A DNA stretch of 60,028 nucleotides from Candidatus Woesearchaeota archaeon (GCA_964360175.1 CAYHUI010000002.1:1-60028); one strand, 5' to 3'; positions 44,641-53,367 are shown, counted from the stretch's first letter. Made by a program: numbers and translations. The notes: generated by a model not told the origin, from the letters alone.

Positions 44641-45475
44641 AAAAGGACTTCATGTAGAAACTACTGTTGTTTTAATATTATTTTTACTTGTTGTTGTTTT
44701 TCTCGGAGTAGCTCAGTCTAATATATTTAAAACTACTACTTCTGCTGTAGATAGGGAAGCTTGTGCAGATAGTATTATCTTTAAAGCGAGATCTAAATTA
44801 GGATTAATATCTTCACCTGTAGATATAAAATGCAATACTAATAAAATAGAAATAAAAACTAAAAATTTAGATGAAATTAAAAAAACAATAGCAGAAGAAT
44901 TTGCATTATGCGCTAAACAATTTCATATAGGACAAATAGATTTTTTATCAGAGTTAGATTTTCATCCAGGTAAAGATGTTTTTTGTTTTATTTGTTCCAA
45001 CATAGAATTCTCAGAAGAGGTCAAGGAAAAACATCCAAAAATTGAAATTCGAGAATATCTTAATACTGAAAAAATAATAAATGGAAAAACAGTAGCACAT
45101 TTCATTTCTAATGATCCAGAATTTAAATTTACTGGAGAACAAGTAGCTAGTATTGACACCAGTAAAAATTTATATGCTTTATTTTACGCTCTTAAATATA
45201 ATACCTGGGGAGAAAAAATTGGATGGTCGACTGCAACAGCAGGTGGGGTAACAATAGCATTTTCAATTACAGGGGGAACTTTTGGTTTATTGGGAGGGCT
45301 TCCTGGTGCAATTAGTGGAGCAGTTTTAGGAGCTAAAATCGGAGCAGTTGTAGGCACTATAGCAGGAATTGGTGAGATTGCTACTGATACCGGAGTTAAA
45401 CCAGAATACCTTCCAGGTTTTTTATTAGTTTCTGGCGAAGGCGTTGAAAAAGAATGTACTGAATTAATAGCTTAA
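44630..45475 (+). CDS. Prepilin-like protein with a C-terminal glycine-zipper segment, 6 Cys
   Basis: TTG start gives MLNKKG/LHVETTVVLILFLLVVVFLGV. C-terminal GGVTIAFSITGGTFGLLGGLPGAISGAVLGAKIGAVVGTIAGIGEIA. Confidence 0.55.
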   Translation: MLNKKGLHVETTVVLILFLLVVVFLGVAQSNIFKTTTSAVDREACADSIIFKARSKLGLISSPVDIKCNTNKIEIKTKNLDEIKKTIAEEFALCAKQFHIGQIDFLSELDFHPGKDVFCFICSNIEFSEEVKEKHPKIEIREYLNTEKIINGKTVAHFISNDPEFKFTGEQVASIDTSKNLYALFYALKYNTWGEKIGWSTATAGGVTIAFSITGGTFGLLGGLPGAISGAVLGAKIGAVVGTIAGIGEIATDTGVKPEYLPGFLLVSGEGVEKECTELIA

Positions 45476-45513
45476 TGATAATATTTATATAGATTATTTA
45501 CAAATTCTAATAT

Positions 45514-46005
45514 GTGAAAAAAGGACAGTTAGGTATAGGTTCAGAAATTGTTCGTATGTTTGCAAATATAGTTTTACTTGTTATTGTAGTTATTTTTATA
45601 GCTGTTGTAGTAGACGTACATTTAAATAGAGAAATTAAGACCAATGAACTTGAAAGTCATTTATTAACTACAAGATTAATTTATTCACCCAATTGTTTTT
45701 TATACCAAAATGAAATAAGAAAATACCCCGGGATAATAGATTTAGATAAATTTGATAAAAATATAATAGAAAGATGTTTAATCAATAAAGAAAATACAGG
45801 TTTTATAATAGATCTTAAAGAAATTAACGGAACTTCTATCAAAACAATTAATATCAATGAAGACATATCTGATTTTTTAAAATTTTGTAATGTTAAAAGA
45901 AAAAGATTTGATTGTTATTTTGATGAAAAATATATTTTATTAGAAGAAAATAATGAGATTAAACCAGCTTTACTAAATATAAGTTTAGCTATAAAAAATG
46001 AATAA
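45514..46005 (+). CDS. Prepilin-like protein, 4 Cys
   Basis: GTG start gives MKKG/QLGIGSEIVRMFANIVLLVIVVIFIAVVV. Confidence 0.55.
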   Translation: MKKGQLGIGSEIVRMFANIVLLVIVVIFIAVVVDVHLNREIKTNELESHLLTTRLIYSPNCFLYQNEIRKYPGIIDLDKFDKNIIERCLINKENTGFIIDLKEINGTSIKTININEDISDFLKFCNVKRKRFDCYFDEKYILLEENNEIKPALLNISLAIKNE

Positions 46006-46525
46006 AAAAAGTCAATCTGAAATAATATTAAATGTATTTGCTTTAATAGTATTGTTTATTGTTATATTGATCTTTTGGTTTTTATTAGCTTTTGAAGTAG
46101 CTAAACCTGGTATAGAAAAACAAGTAATTAATGCTCAAGAAAATAACGAAGGTAATTTGATATTAATAAATTATTTAAGAACACCAGTTGAAGTTGAAAT
46201 TGATAAAAAAAATAAAACTATTAATATCGCAGATTTAATCATTTTATCTATACAAAAAAATAATTATGAAATTTTAGATAAAAAAACTAAAGAATTATTT
46301 AATCTAAATAACAATTATTGGTATATTTCCTTATGGAAAGATGATGGTTTAATATACGAATTTAATAGAGAAAACTTCCAACCAAGATTAGGTATAACAG
46401 AAGTAAAAGTTGAAACTTTTATTCCAAATTACAACAAAGAATTAATTAAAGTTTCTATGTTTGTACAAGAAGGTGTAGAAATAACTGAAATCCAAGAAGC
46501 ATTAAAAGAAGCTGGGGCCGTATAA
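45998..46525 (+). CDS. Prepilin-like / N-terminally anchored protein, no Cys
   Basis: MNKKS/QSEIILNVFALIVLFIVILIFWF. 8-nt overlap with the preceding gene. Confidence 0.55.
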   Translation: MNKKSQSEIILNVFALIVLFIVILIFWFLLAFEVAKPGIEKQVINAQENNEGNLILINYLRTPVEVEIDKKNKTINIADLIILSIQKNNYEILDKKTKELFNLNNNYWYISLWKDDGLIYEFNRENFQPRLGITEVKVETFIPNYNKELIKVSMFVQEGVEITEIQEALKEAGAV

Positions 46526-46526
46526 A

Positions 46527-47285
46527 ATGAATAAAAAAGGATTTTTCACAACAACATTAGTTTTAATGTTTGTAATTTTGATGGGTTATACAGCTGTTAT
46601 TTTTTTGAATTCAGAAAAAAAATCTAATGAAGTAACTATCGGTAAAATTCAAACTGATGTTATAAATGTTTTTCAAGATGCAGAAAAAACTTTATTTTAT
46701 TTAGATCAAAGTGCAAAATATTCAGCTTATAAAACTACTGAAGAAATAACATTAAAAGGAATTTCCAGCAATTGTGGTATAGAAGAAAATTATATTTTAT
46801 GGAAATCTGATAGGAAAGAATGTTATCCTGATGAAGAAACTTTAAAAAAATCTTTTATTGAATTATTTAGTAAAAATTTAGATATCTACTTAGAAGAATA
46901 TAATAAAATTAATAAAAATGATTTAACTTTAAATAATTATAATTTAGAACTAGAAGAAACTAATGAATTAAAAATTACTGGAAATGCAAAAGAAGATTTT
47001 AAAATCAAACAACAAGAAATAGATTATTCTAATATGCCTAATTTTATAACTAAAATAGATTATAATTTTACAGATCATTTAGATATAAGTAAAGACGTTA
47101 AAGAATTAATCAATAAATGCAATAATGATTTAACATGTTGGAAGTCTGATTCTAAAAGTATAAATTGGAAAATAAAACAAAAAGGAAACCTTTTTATGTT
47201 TGATGTAACCACAAATAGAAAAACCATATTTTCAGAAGAAAACATAATTATCAAATTCGGAATAAACTTTAATCAATTAATATAA
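46527..47285 (+). CDS. Prepilin-like protein, 4 Cys
   Basis: MNKKG/FFTTTLVLMFVILMGYTAVIF. It starts 1 nt after the preceding stop. Confidence 0.6.
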   Translation: MNKKGFFTTTLVLMFVILMGYTAVIFLNSEKKSNEVTIGKIQTDVINVFQDAEKTLFYLDQSAKYSAYKTTEEITLKGISSNCGIEENYILWKSDRKECYPDEETLKKSFIELFSKNLDIYLEEYNKINKNDLTLNNYNLELEETNELKITGNAKEDFKIKQQEIDYSNMPNFITKIDYNFTDHLDISKDVKELINKCNNDLTCWKSDSKSINWKIKQKGNLFMFDVTTNRKTIFSEENIIIKFGINFNQLI

Positions 47286-47286
47286 A

Positions 47287-48294
47287 ATGTTAAAAATAAG
47301 TTATGAAGAGATTATTGAAAGGATAATAAAAGAAAAAGGAGTAAGTAGAGAAGAAGTAGAAGATAAGATTAATAAGAGAATTAAACAACTCCAAGACTTA
47401 ATAAGTAGAGACGGAGCTGCACATATAGTAGCTAACGAATATAGTGTTAAATTATTTGAAGATTTAGAATTAAGAAAATTAAAAATTAAAAACTTAATTC
47501 CTGGAATGAATTCTGTTAATATTACAGGTAAAGTTTTAAGTATAAATGGAGTTAAAGAATTTAAAACCAGTAAAAGAGAAGGAAAACTTGCCTCTCTTTT
47601 GATAGGAGATGAAACTGGGACTATAAAAGTTGTTCTATGGGATATCAATTTAATCAAAGAAATAGAAAATAATAGTGTTAAAGAAAATGATATAATCAAA
47701 ATTAAAAATGCATATTCCAGAGATAACAATGGTTTCTTAGAATTACATATGGGAAATAAATCTCAATTATCAATAAATCCAGCAGGAGAAATTATTAAAG
47801 AAGTATCAACACAAACTCAAAGGAGGCTTAATAGAAAAACTATTGAAGAATTAAAAGAAAATGAAAATGTAGAAATTTTAGGTAGTGTTGTACAAATGTT
47901 CGAACCAAATTTTTATACAGTTTGTCCAGAATGTGGTAAAAGAACTTTGTTAGAAGAAACAGACTATATCTGTAAGGAACATGGAAAAGTTAATGAAAGT
48001 TTCGCTCCTGTTTTAAACATTTTTTTTGATGACGGAACTTCTAATATAAGGATTGTTTTCTTTAGAGATCTAGTAGAAAAATTATTAGGTCTGGATAGAA
48101 AAAAAGTTCTAGATTTAAAAGAAAATTTAGCTGATTTTGAAAATATAAAAAAAGAAATTTTAGGTAAACAAATTGCTATTTCTGGCAGGGTTGTTAAAAA
48201 TACGATGTTCGATAGATTAGAGTTAATTGCAAATGATGTCAAAGAAGTAAATGCTGTTGAAGTAGCAGAAGAACTTTTTAAAGATTTAGAATAA
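47287..48294 (+). CDS. RPA-like single-stranded-DNA-binding protein (OB folds plus zinc ribbon)
   Basis: 335 aa. N-terminal helical module ...ISRDGAAHIVANEY, an OB-fold pattern (VNITGKVLSINGVKEFKTSKREGKLASLLIGDETGTIKVVLWD), and zinc ribbon CPECGKR...CKEHG inside a second OB fold. Confidence 0.7.
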   Translation: MLKISYEEIIERIIKEKGVSREEVEDKINKRIKQLQDLISRDGAAHIVANEYSVKLFEDLELRKLKIKNLIPGMNSVNITGKVLSINGVKEFKTSKREGKLASLLIGDETGTIKVVLWDINLIKEIENNSVKENDIIKIKNAYSRDNNGFLELHMGNKSQLSINPAGEIIKEVSTQTQRRLNRKTIEELKENENVEILGSVVQMFEPNFYTVCPECGKRTLLEETDYICKEHGKVNESFAPVLNIFFDDGTSNIRIVFFRDLVEKLLGLDRKKVLDLKENLADFENIKKEILGKQIAISGRVVKNTMFDRLELIANDVKEVNAVEVAEELFKDLE

Positions 48295-48368
48295 ATTAAT
48301 TATTTATGGAAACAAGCAGTCAAACCTTCTAAATTGCATAAGAAAAAAACTTTGATAAAAGTAGGCGA

Positions 48369-48692
48369 CTAAACTTTTACTTTTAATTTATTAGCTATCT
48401 TACCTCTTTCTTGAGCTACTAAAAATTCATCTAATTCCATAAACTTTTCTACTATAGGATTTCCTCTATTTAATTTATACAACTTAGATTTACCCATTGT
48501 TCTTGTATATTTTATTATACCATTTTTTATAAATTCTGGGAATATTTTATATAATGTTCTCCAGCTCACTCCAGCTTTTCTAGCTATATCTGATAAACTA
48601 TAGTCAAACATACTTCCACTTAAGAAAAAGTCTAATATCCTTGTTTTAGGTGTATCTCCAACGTATTTTAAAAATATTGATTTTTCTACCAT
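48369..48692 (-). CDS. Small winged-helix DNA-binding protein (paralog of 6223-6558)
   Basis: FLKYVGDTPKTRILDFFL...DYSLSDIARKAGVSWRTL...GKSKLYKLNRGNPIV. I start it at the ATG at 48692 (MVEKS) rather than the TTG at 48752. Confidence 0.55.
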   Translation of the reverse strand: MVEKSIFLKYVGDTPKTRILDFFLSGSMFDYSLSDIARKAGVSWRTLYKIFPEFIKNGIIKYTRTMGKSKLYKLNRGNPIVEKFMELDEFLVAQERGKIANKLKVKV

Positions 48693-48814
48693 ATCATTTA
48701 TAACATTTCCTACACTAACTACACTAATAACTAATATATAAAACTTTCGCAAGTATACAATGTTATATCTTTAAGAAAGTAAAAATTTATATAGTAATTT
48801 ACATTTACAAATTA

Positions 48815-49141
48815 ATGGAACTAAAAGATTTAGCTATATATCATATTATCAAGAAATTAGATAGAATGGGGAAATGGGGTGGTTTAGATACAGGTCAGCA
48901 TACTGAAGAAAGAAATTTAATAAAAGGCATGCCAGATATTTTAATAAGAAGTAAGAAAGGTAAAAAATCTATAGAAAAAGCAAAAAAAGAGCTAGAAAAT
49001 AAAGGTTGGATAATCAAAAGAAAGAAAACAGGAGAATGGCATTATTGGTTAAATCTATCAAAAGAAAAAGAAATTTTAGAGTTTAAAAATAAAATGAATA
49101 GATTAGAGAATAACAATAAAAATAATTATGATTTAGAATAA
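48815..49141 (+). CDS. Hypothetical small basic protein (possibly wHTH-like)
   Basis: 108-aa ORF divergent from the wHTH gene, with no firm motif. Confidence 0.4.
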   Translation: MELKDLAIYHIIKKLDRMGKWGGLDTGQHTEERNLIKGMPDILIRSKKGKKSIEKAKKELENKGWIIKRKKTGEWHYWLNLSKEKEILEFKNKMNRLENNNKNNYDLE

Positions 49142-49143
49142 AA

Positions 49144-49542
49144 TTAATATCCCTCAACTTTAATACCTTTTATCCTTTCAAAATGCTGTTTATTTCTTGT
49201 AACTATTGTATTAATACCATTAGCTAAAGCAATTCCAGCTGTTAAACAATCAGTTGTTTGAATTTTACTTCCCTTTTTTTCTAATTCAACAGCCATTTTT
49301 GCTGATTTAAAAGTTGATTCTCCAGCTAAAGGGAGTACATTTAAAATATTTATAAAATCATTAAATATTAATATTTCTTTATTTAGATCTATATCTTTTC
49401 TTTTATAAATTCCAAATAAAACTTCAAATATATTTATTTCTGTAGTAAAAATCTTTTCATTTTCTATATCTTTAGCTTTATTAATAGCTCCTAAATCATT
49501 ATTCAAAAAATCAATTAAAAAAGTTGTATCTAAAAGCCTCAT
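49144..49542 (-). CDS. vapC: PIN-domain ribonuclease toxin (VapC-type)
   Basis: 132 aa. MRLLDTTFLIDFL N-terminal acidic motif, TTDCLTAGIAL and IVTRNKQHF motifs. 4-nt overlap with the upstream antitoxin. Confidence 0.8.
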   Translation of the reverse strand: MRLLDTTFLIDFLNNDLGAINKAKDIENEKIFTTEINIFEVLFGIYKRKDIDLNKEILIFNDFINILNVLPLAGESTFKSAKMAVELEKKGSKIQTTDCLTAGIALANGINTIVTRNKQHFERIKGIKVEGY

Positions 49543-49796
49543 TTTTCTTTTCCACTAATATTTTTTGATCTTTCTGTAATTTCTTTAGTAAATTTTTCTC
49601 TCATTTTTTTAATATCGTTCTTCATATCATCGATACTTTTATTACTTAAATGACTCCAAGCTCCAGCAAAATTACTTAATTTTTTTTCTTTTATAATCTC
49701 CCTTCTAATAACATCAGAAAAACTTTCTCCATCCATCTTATGTCTTTTTAAAATTTCATAAGCATCTTTCATTATAGTAATAGTTTTAGTTGTCAT
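49539..49796 (-). CDS. Antitoxin of the archaeal DUF217/VapB-like family
   Basis: TITIMKDAYEILKRHKMDGESFSDVIRREI matches the 'kTI.v.devy..L...K...ESFSdvi..L' pattern of PIN-associated archaeal antitoxins. There are three in-frame ATGs (49808, 49802, 49796), so the start is uncertain. Confidence 0.65.
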   Translation of the reverse strand: MTTKTITIMKDAYEILKRHKMDGESFSDVIRREIIKEKKLSNFAGAWSHLSNKSIDDMKNDIKKMREKFTKEITERSKNISGKEK

Positions 49797-49901
49797 ACAC
49801 ATACACATACATGTACATTTATAAATCTTTTGGTTAAAATTTCGTAAGATTTACAAAAAGGTTATAAGAAAATTTTTAAATATATTAATTAAATTAATAA
49901 T

Positions 49902-50360
49902 ATGTTATTCAGAACACATTTAACGTTTGCACTATTAATAGCGTTATTTACCTTTAACAAATTTAACATAAATAAAATTTTATTCTTTATAATAATTTTA
50001 TTTTCAGCTGCATTTCCAGACATAGATCAATATAAAAGCAAAATTGGAAGAAAATTTGGGATAATCTCAAGATTAATAAATTTTATTTTTGGGCATAGGG
50101 GGATAATACACAGTTTAGTTTTTTTAATACCTCTAACAATAGTAATTTGGATTATCTTTAAAAATTTATATATACCTTTTTTACTAGGTTTTTTATCGCA
50201 TTTAATTTTAGACGGTTTAACATTGCAAGGCATTAATTTTTTATACCCTGTTAGCAAATTAGAGACGAAAGGTTTTATAAGAACCGGAGGTTTGTTAGAA
50301 CAAATATTTTTTATACTATTAGTTATTATAGTCGTATCTAGAATTATTCAATTAATTTAA
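49902..50360 (+). CDS. Membrane-bound metal-dependent hydrolase, YdjM/DUF457-like
   Basis: 152 aa. [12 protein letters not shown] start, HRGIIHS and [10 protein letters not shown] motifs. Confidence 0.6.
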   Translation: MLFRTHLTFALLIALFTFNKFNINKILFFIIILFSAAFPDIDQYKSKIGRKFGIISRLINFIFGHRGIIHSLVFLIPLTIVIWIIFKNLYIPFLLGFLSHLILDGLTLQGINFLYPVSKLETKGFIRTGGLLEQIFFILLVIIVVSRIIQLI

Positions 50361-50367
50361 ATACAAA

Positions 50368-50781
50368 ATGAAATCTTATACAGAACATTTATGGTTTAAC
50401 ACTAAACAAAAAATAGAATTTATTAATATAACTGAAAAAATTATAGAGATAGTTAAAAAATCAAAAATAAAAGAAGGTTTATGTTTGGTAAATGCAATGC
50501 ACATTACATCTAGTATCTATATAAACGATGCTGAGCAAGGTTTAATAAATGATTTTCAAAAATGGTTAAAAGATTTAGTTCCAATGGATAAAAATTATCA
50601 ACATAACTTAACAGGCGAAGACAATGCTTACGCTCATTTAATGAGGACAATTATGGGCAGAGAAGTTGTTATAGCAATAACAAATAATGAATTAGATTTT
50701 GGACCATGGGAGCAAATTTACTATGCAGAATTTGACGGCCAGCGCAAAAAAAGAGTGATGGTTAAAATAATCGGAGAATAA
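50368..50781 (+). CDS. YjbQ/UPF0047 family protein (secondary thiamine-phosphate synthase-like)
   Basis: 137 aa. Family pattern [19 protein letters not shown]...NAYAHL...[17 protein letters not shown]. Confidence 0.75.
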   Translation: MKSYTEHLWFNTKQKIEFINITEKIIEIVKKSKIKEGLCLVNAMHITSSIYINDAEQGLINDFQKWLKDLVPMDKNYQHNLTGEDNAYAHLMRTIMGREVVIAITNNELDFGPWEQIYYAEFDGQRKKRVMVKIIGE

Positions 50782-50844
50782 AATAAATTAATATACTAAA
50801 TTATTTTTCTATTGGGATCTTAACTGCTTTTTCTAAGAATTTTA

Positions 50845-51234
50845 TTAAACTGGGGATTTCTGGTTCCACATCACCATCAAAATATTACTTAAATCATCTC
50901 CCACAACAATATAAGTTGGTAATCTCTGTATACTAAGTGATTTTCCCCTAAAAGGATTATCTTCTCCTTGTAAATCTTCTTCCCACTTTTTTCTTGAACC
51001 TACTGATACTAAATAAAATTCTATATATTTACCATCTTTATAATCTCTAACAAATTCTCTATATGTTGGAAGAGTAAGATTGCAACCTTCACACCAAGAA
51101 TGTCCATCTTTAATTTTACCCCCAACAACAGCCATAACATATACTATTCCTTTTCCCTCTGGACTATTTATTCTTTCAATTAAAGTTTTATAATTTTGTT
51201 TAGGAGAACCTTCTATAACTTGTAAAACTGCCAT
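50845..51234 (-). CDS. Thioredoxin-fold protein with WCxxC motif (TRP14/DUF953-like)
   Basis: SWCEGC redox motif in a thioredoxin-like context. I prefer the ATG at 51234 (MAVLQVIEG) over the TTG at 51279. Confidence 0.55.
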   Translation of the reverse strand: MAVLQVIEGSPKQNYKTLIERINSPEGKGIVYVMAVVGGKIKDGHSWCEGCNLTLPTYREFVRDYKDGKYIEFYLVSVGSRKKWEEDLQGEDNPFRGKSLSIQRLPTYIVVGDDLSNILMVMWNQKSPV

Positions 51235-51422
51235 AAAATAATTTAAATAAGAAAAATATTTAAATCTTTTCTTTATCAACGCGACAACACGACAATATAC
51301 ACGTAAGATTTATAAAGTTTTATTATAGTTATACAATTAAGTTAAAAAAACTACGAAAAATAAAGGGCTGGTTTTATTAATCTGAAAAAAAATCCGAATA
51401 GGAATTTAAGGAGGTATTTGAT

Positions 51423-51686
51423 ATGGCAAATAGACCTATAAAAAAATGGAGAGCTGGAAATCTAGAAGTTGCTATATGGCAAAATGAAAGAGAATTTGAT
51501 GGAAATACAATCGGTTTTAAGACAGTTAGCTTGAGCAGAACCTGGAAGAAAAAAGATGAAGAAGTATGGAGATCAGATGTTTTAAACTTAAGAAAAAATG
51601 ATATTTCTAAAGTTTTGGTTTTATTAAATAAAGCACAAGAAGAATTATTATTAACAGAATCTCAAAAAGGAGAGGAATTAAAATGA
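51423..51686 (+). CDS. Small conserved-looking protein, tentative PC4/YdbC-like ssDNA-binding fold, translationally coupled to radA
   Basis: 87 aa. Strong AAGGAGGT RBS (51408-51415, 7-nt spacer). Its stop overlaps the radA start (ATGA at 51683-51686). The beta-rich pattern LEVAIWQNE...[37 protein letters not shown] recalls PC4-like domains. Confidence 0.55.
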   Translation: MANRPIKKWRAGNLEVAIWQNEREFDGNTIGFKTVSLSRTWKKKDEEVWRSDVLNLRKNDISKVLVLLNKAQEELLLTESQKGEELK

Positions 51687-52675
51687 CTAAAGATGTGGAA
51701 AAAACTAAAGAGCTAAAAGAAGAACAAAAAAAAGAATTTACAATTGAGGATTTACCTGGAGTTGGAGCAGCTACAGCAGAAAAATTAAGAGAAGCTGGTT
51801 TTACTGATTTAATGAGTATTGCAATTGCAAGTCCTGCAGACATGATAGAAGTTGCAGGTGTTACAGAGGCTACTGCTAAAAAATTGATTAATGTTGCTAG
51901 AAATAGGTTAGATATCAGTTTTGAATCAGGCGAGCAATTATTAAAAAATAGAGAAAAAATAATTAGGATCACTACTGGAAGTAAAGCTTTTGATAGTTTA
52001 ATTGGCGGTGGTTTTGAAAGTAGTGCTGTTACAGAGTGCTACGGCCAATATGGCAGCGGTAAGACGGCATTAGCACATCAATTAGCTGTTAATGTGCAAT
52101 TACCTGTAGAACAAGGCGGTGCAAATGGTATTGCTGTTTGGATAGATACTGAAGGCACATTAAGACCAGAACGTATTAAACAAATTGCAGAATCGATGAA
52201 TCTAGATCATAAAAAAATTCTGAAAAATTTAAGAGCAATAAGAGCTTTTAACAGTGATCATCAAATGTTATTAGCAGAAAAAATAGAAGATTTGATTAAA
52301 AAAGAAAATTTACCTGTTAAATTAGTGATTGTAGATTCTTTAATGAGTCATTTTAGAAGTGAATTCCTTGGCAGAGGCCAATTAGCAGATAGACAACAAA
52401 AATTAAACAAACATATACATACTTTACTTAGATTAGCACAAAATTATAATATTGCGGTTTATGTAACAAATCAAGTTATGGCAAGACCAGATGTATTTTT
52501 TGGTGATCCGACAGAAGCTATCGGGGGCCATATAGTTGCACACGCCTCAACACTTCGGCTTTATTTAAGACGTGGGAAAAAAGGAACAAGAGTGGCTAAA
52601 TTAGTTGATTCTCCCAATCTACCAGATGGCGAATGTACTTTTATGGTTACTCAAAAAGGGATTGAAGATGTTTAA
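51683..52675 (+). CDS. radA: DNA repair and recombination protein RadA
   Basis: 330 aa. N-terminal HhH ([17 protein letters not shown]), Walker A GQYGSGKT, Walker B KLVIVDS, and conserved VYVTNQV and GGHIVAHAS segments. Confidence 0.95.
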   Translation: MTKDVEKTKELKEEQKKEFTIEDLPGVGAATAEKLREAGFTDLMSIAIASPADMIEVAGVTEATAKKLINVARNRLDISFESGEQLLKNREKIIRITTGSKAFDSLIGGGFESSAVTECYGQYGSGKTALAHQLAVNVQLPVEQGGANGIAVWIDTEGTLRPERIKQIAESMNLDHKKILKNLRAIRAFNSDHQMLLAEKIEDLIKKENLPVKLVIVDSLMSHFRSEFLGRGQLADRQQKLNKHIHTLLRLAQNYNIAVYVTNQVMARPDVFFGDPTEAIGGHIVAHASTLRLYLRRGKKGTRVAKLVDSPNLPDGECTFMVTQKGIEDV

Positions 52676-52761
52676 TTTTATATTGATTTAATCATTTTTA
52701 GAAATAAAACAATAAAATATAAAAACTTTAACTTCTTATAATAAAGAGGAGGTTGATAAAA

Positions 52762-53367
52762 ATGAAACACGAATTACCAAACTTACCATATGATTATAAT
52801 GCATTAGAGCCTTATTTTGATACAGAGACTATGAGAATTCATCATACAAAACATCATCAAACTTATGTTGACAAGTTAAATGCAGCTTTGCAAAATCATG
52901 CTGAACTACAAAATAAAGAAGTTGAAGAATTGTTAAAAAATTTAAATAATATACCAGAAGATATTAGAACTGCAGTAAGAAATCATGGTGGAGGTCATTT
53001 TAATCATTCTTTTTGGTGGCCTATGTTAAAAAAGGATGTTGAGTGTAGTGGAAAGATTTTAAATGCTATTAACTCTAAGTTCGGCAATTTTGAAAACTTT
53101 AAAAAACTTTTCAGCGAAGCTGCAATGACAAGGTTTGGAAGTGGTTGGGCATGGCTTGTTGTAAATAATGGAGAGTTAGAAATAACAAGCACGTCAAATC
53201 AAGATTCTCCGTTAAGCGATGGCAAAGTACCAGTTTTAGGAATTGATGTTTGGGAGCATGCTTATTATTTGAAATACCAAAACAAAAGAAATGAATACGT
53301 TGAAACTTTTTTTAAAGTAATAAATTGGGATAAAGTTAATGAAAATTTTGAGAATGCTAAAGATTAA
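52762..53367 (+). CDS. sod: Fe/Mn superoxide dismutase
   Basis: [17 protein letters not shown] and DVWEHAYYL motifs. GGAGG RBS 9 nt upstream of the ATG at 52762. Confidence 0.92.
   Translation: MKHELPNLPYDYNALEPYFDTETMRIHHTKHHQTYVDKLNAALQNHAELQNKEVEELLKNLNNIPEDIRTAVRNHGGGHFNHSFWWPMLKKDVECSGKILNAINSKFGNFENFKKLFSEAAMTRFGSGWAWLVVNNGELEITSTSNQDSPLSDGKVPVLGIDVWEHAYYLKYQNKRNEYVETFFKVINWDKVNENFENAKD

Noticed and set aside
49795-49822. The ATGT(A/G)T-type short tandem run (catacacatacacatacatgtacat) at the antitoxin start.
   Set aside because: It is short and most simply explained as overlapping alternative ATG codons just downstream of a TTTATAAA box. There is no evidence of phase variation without population data.
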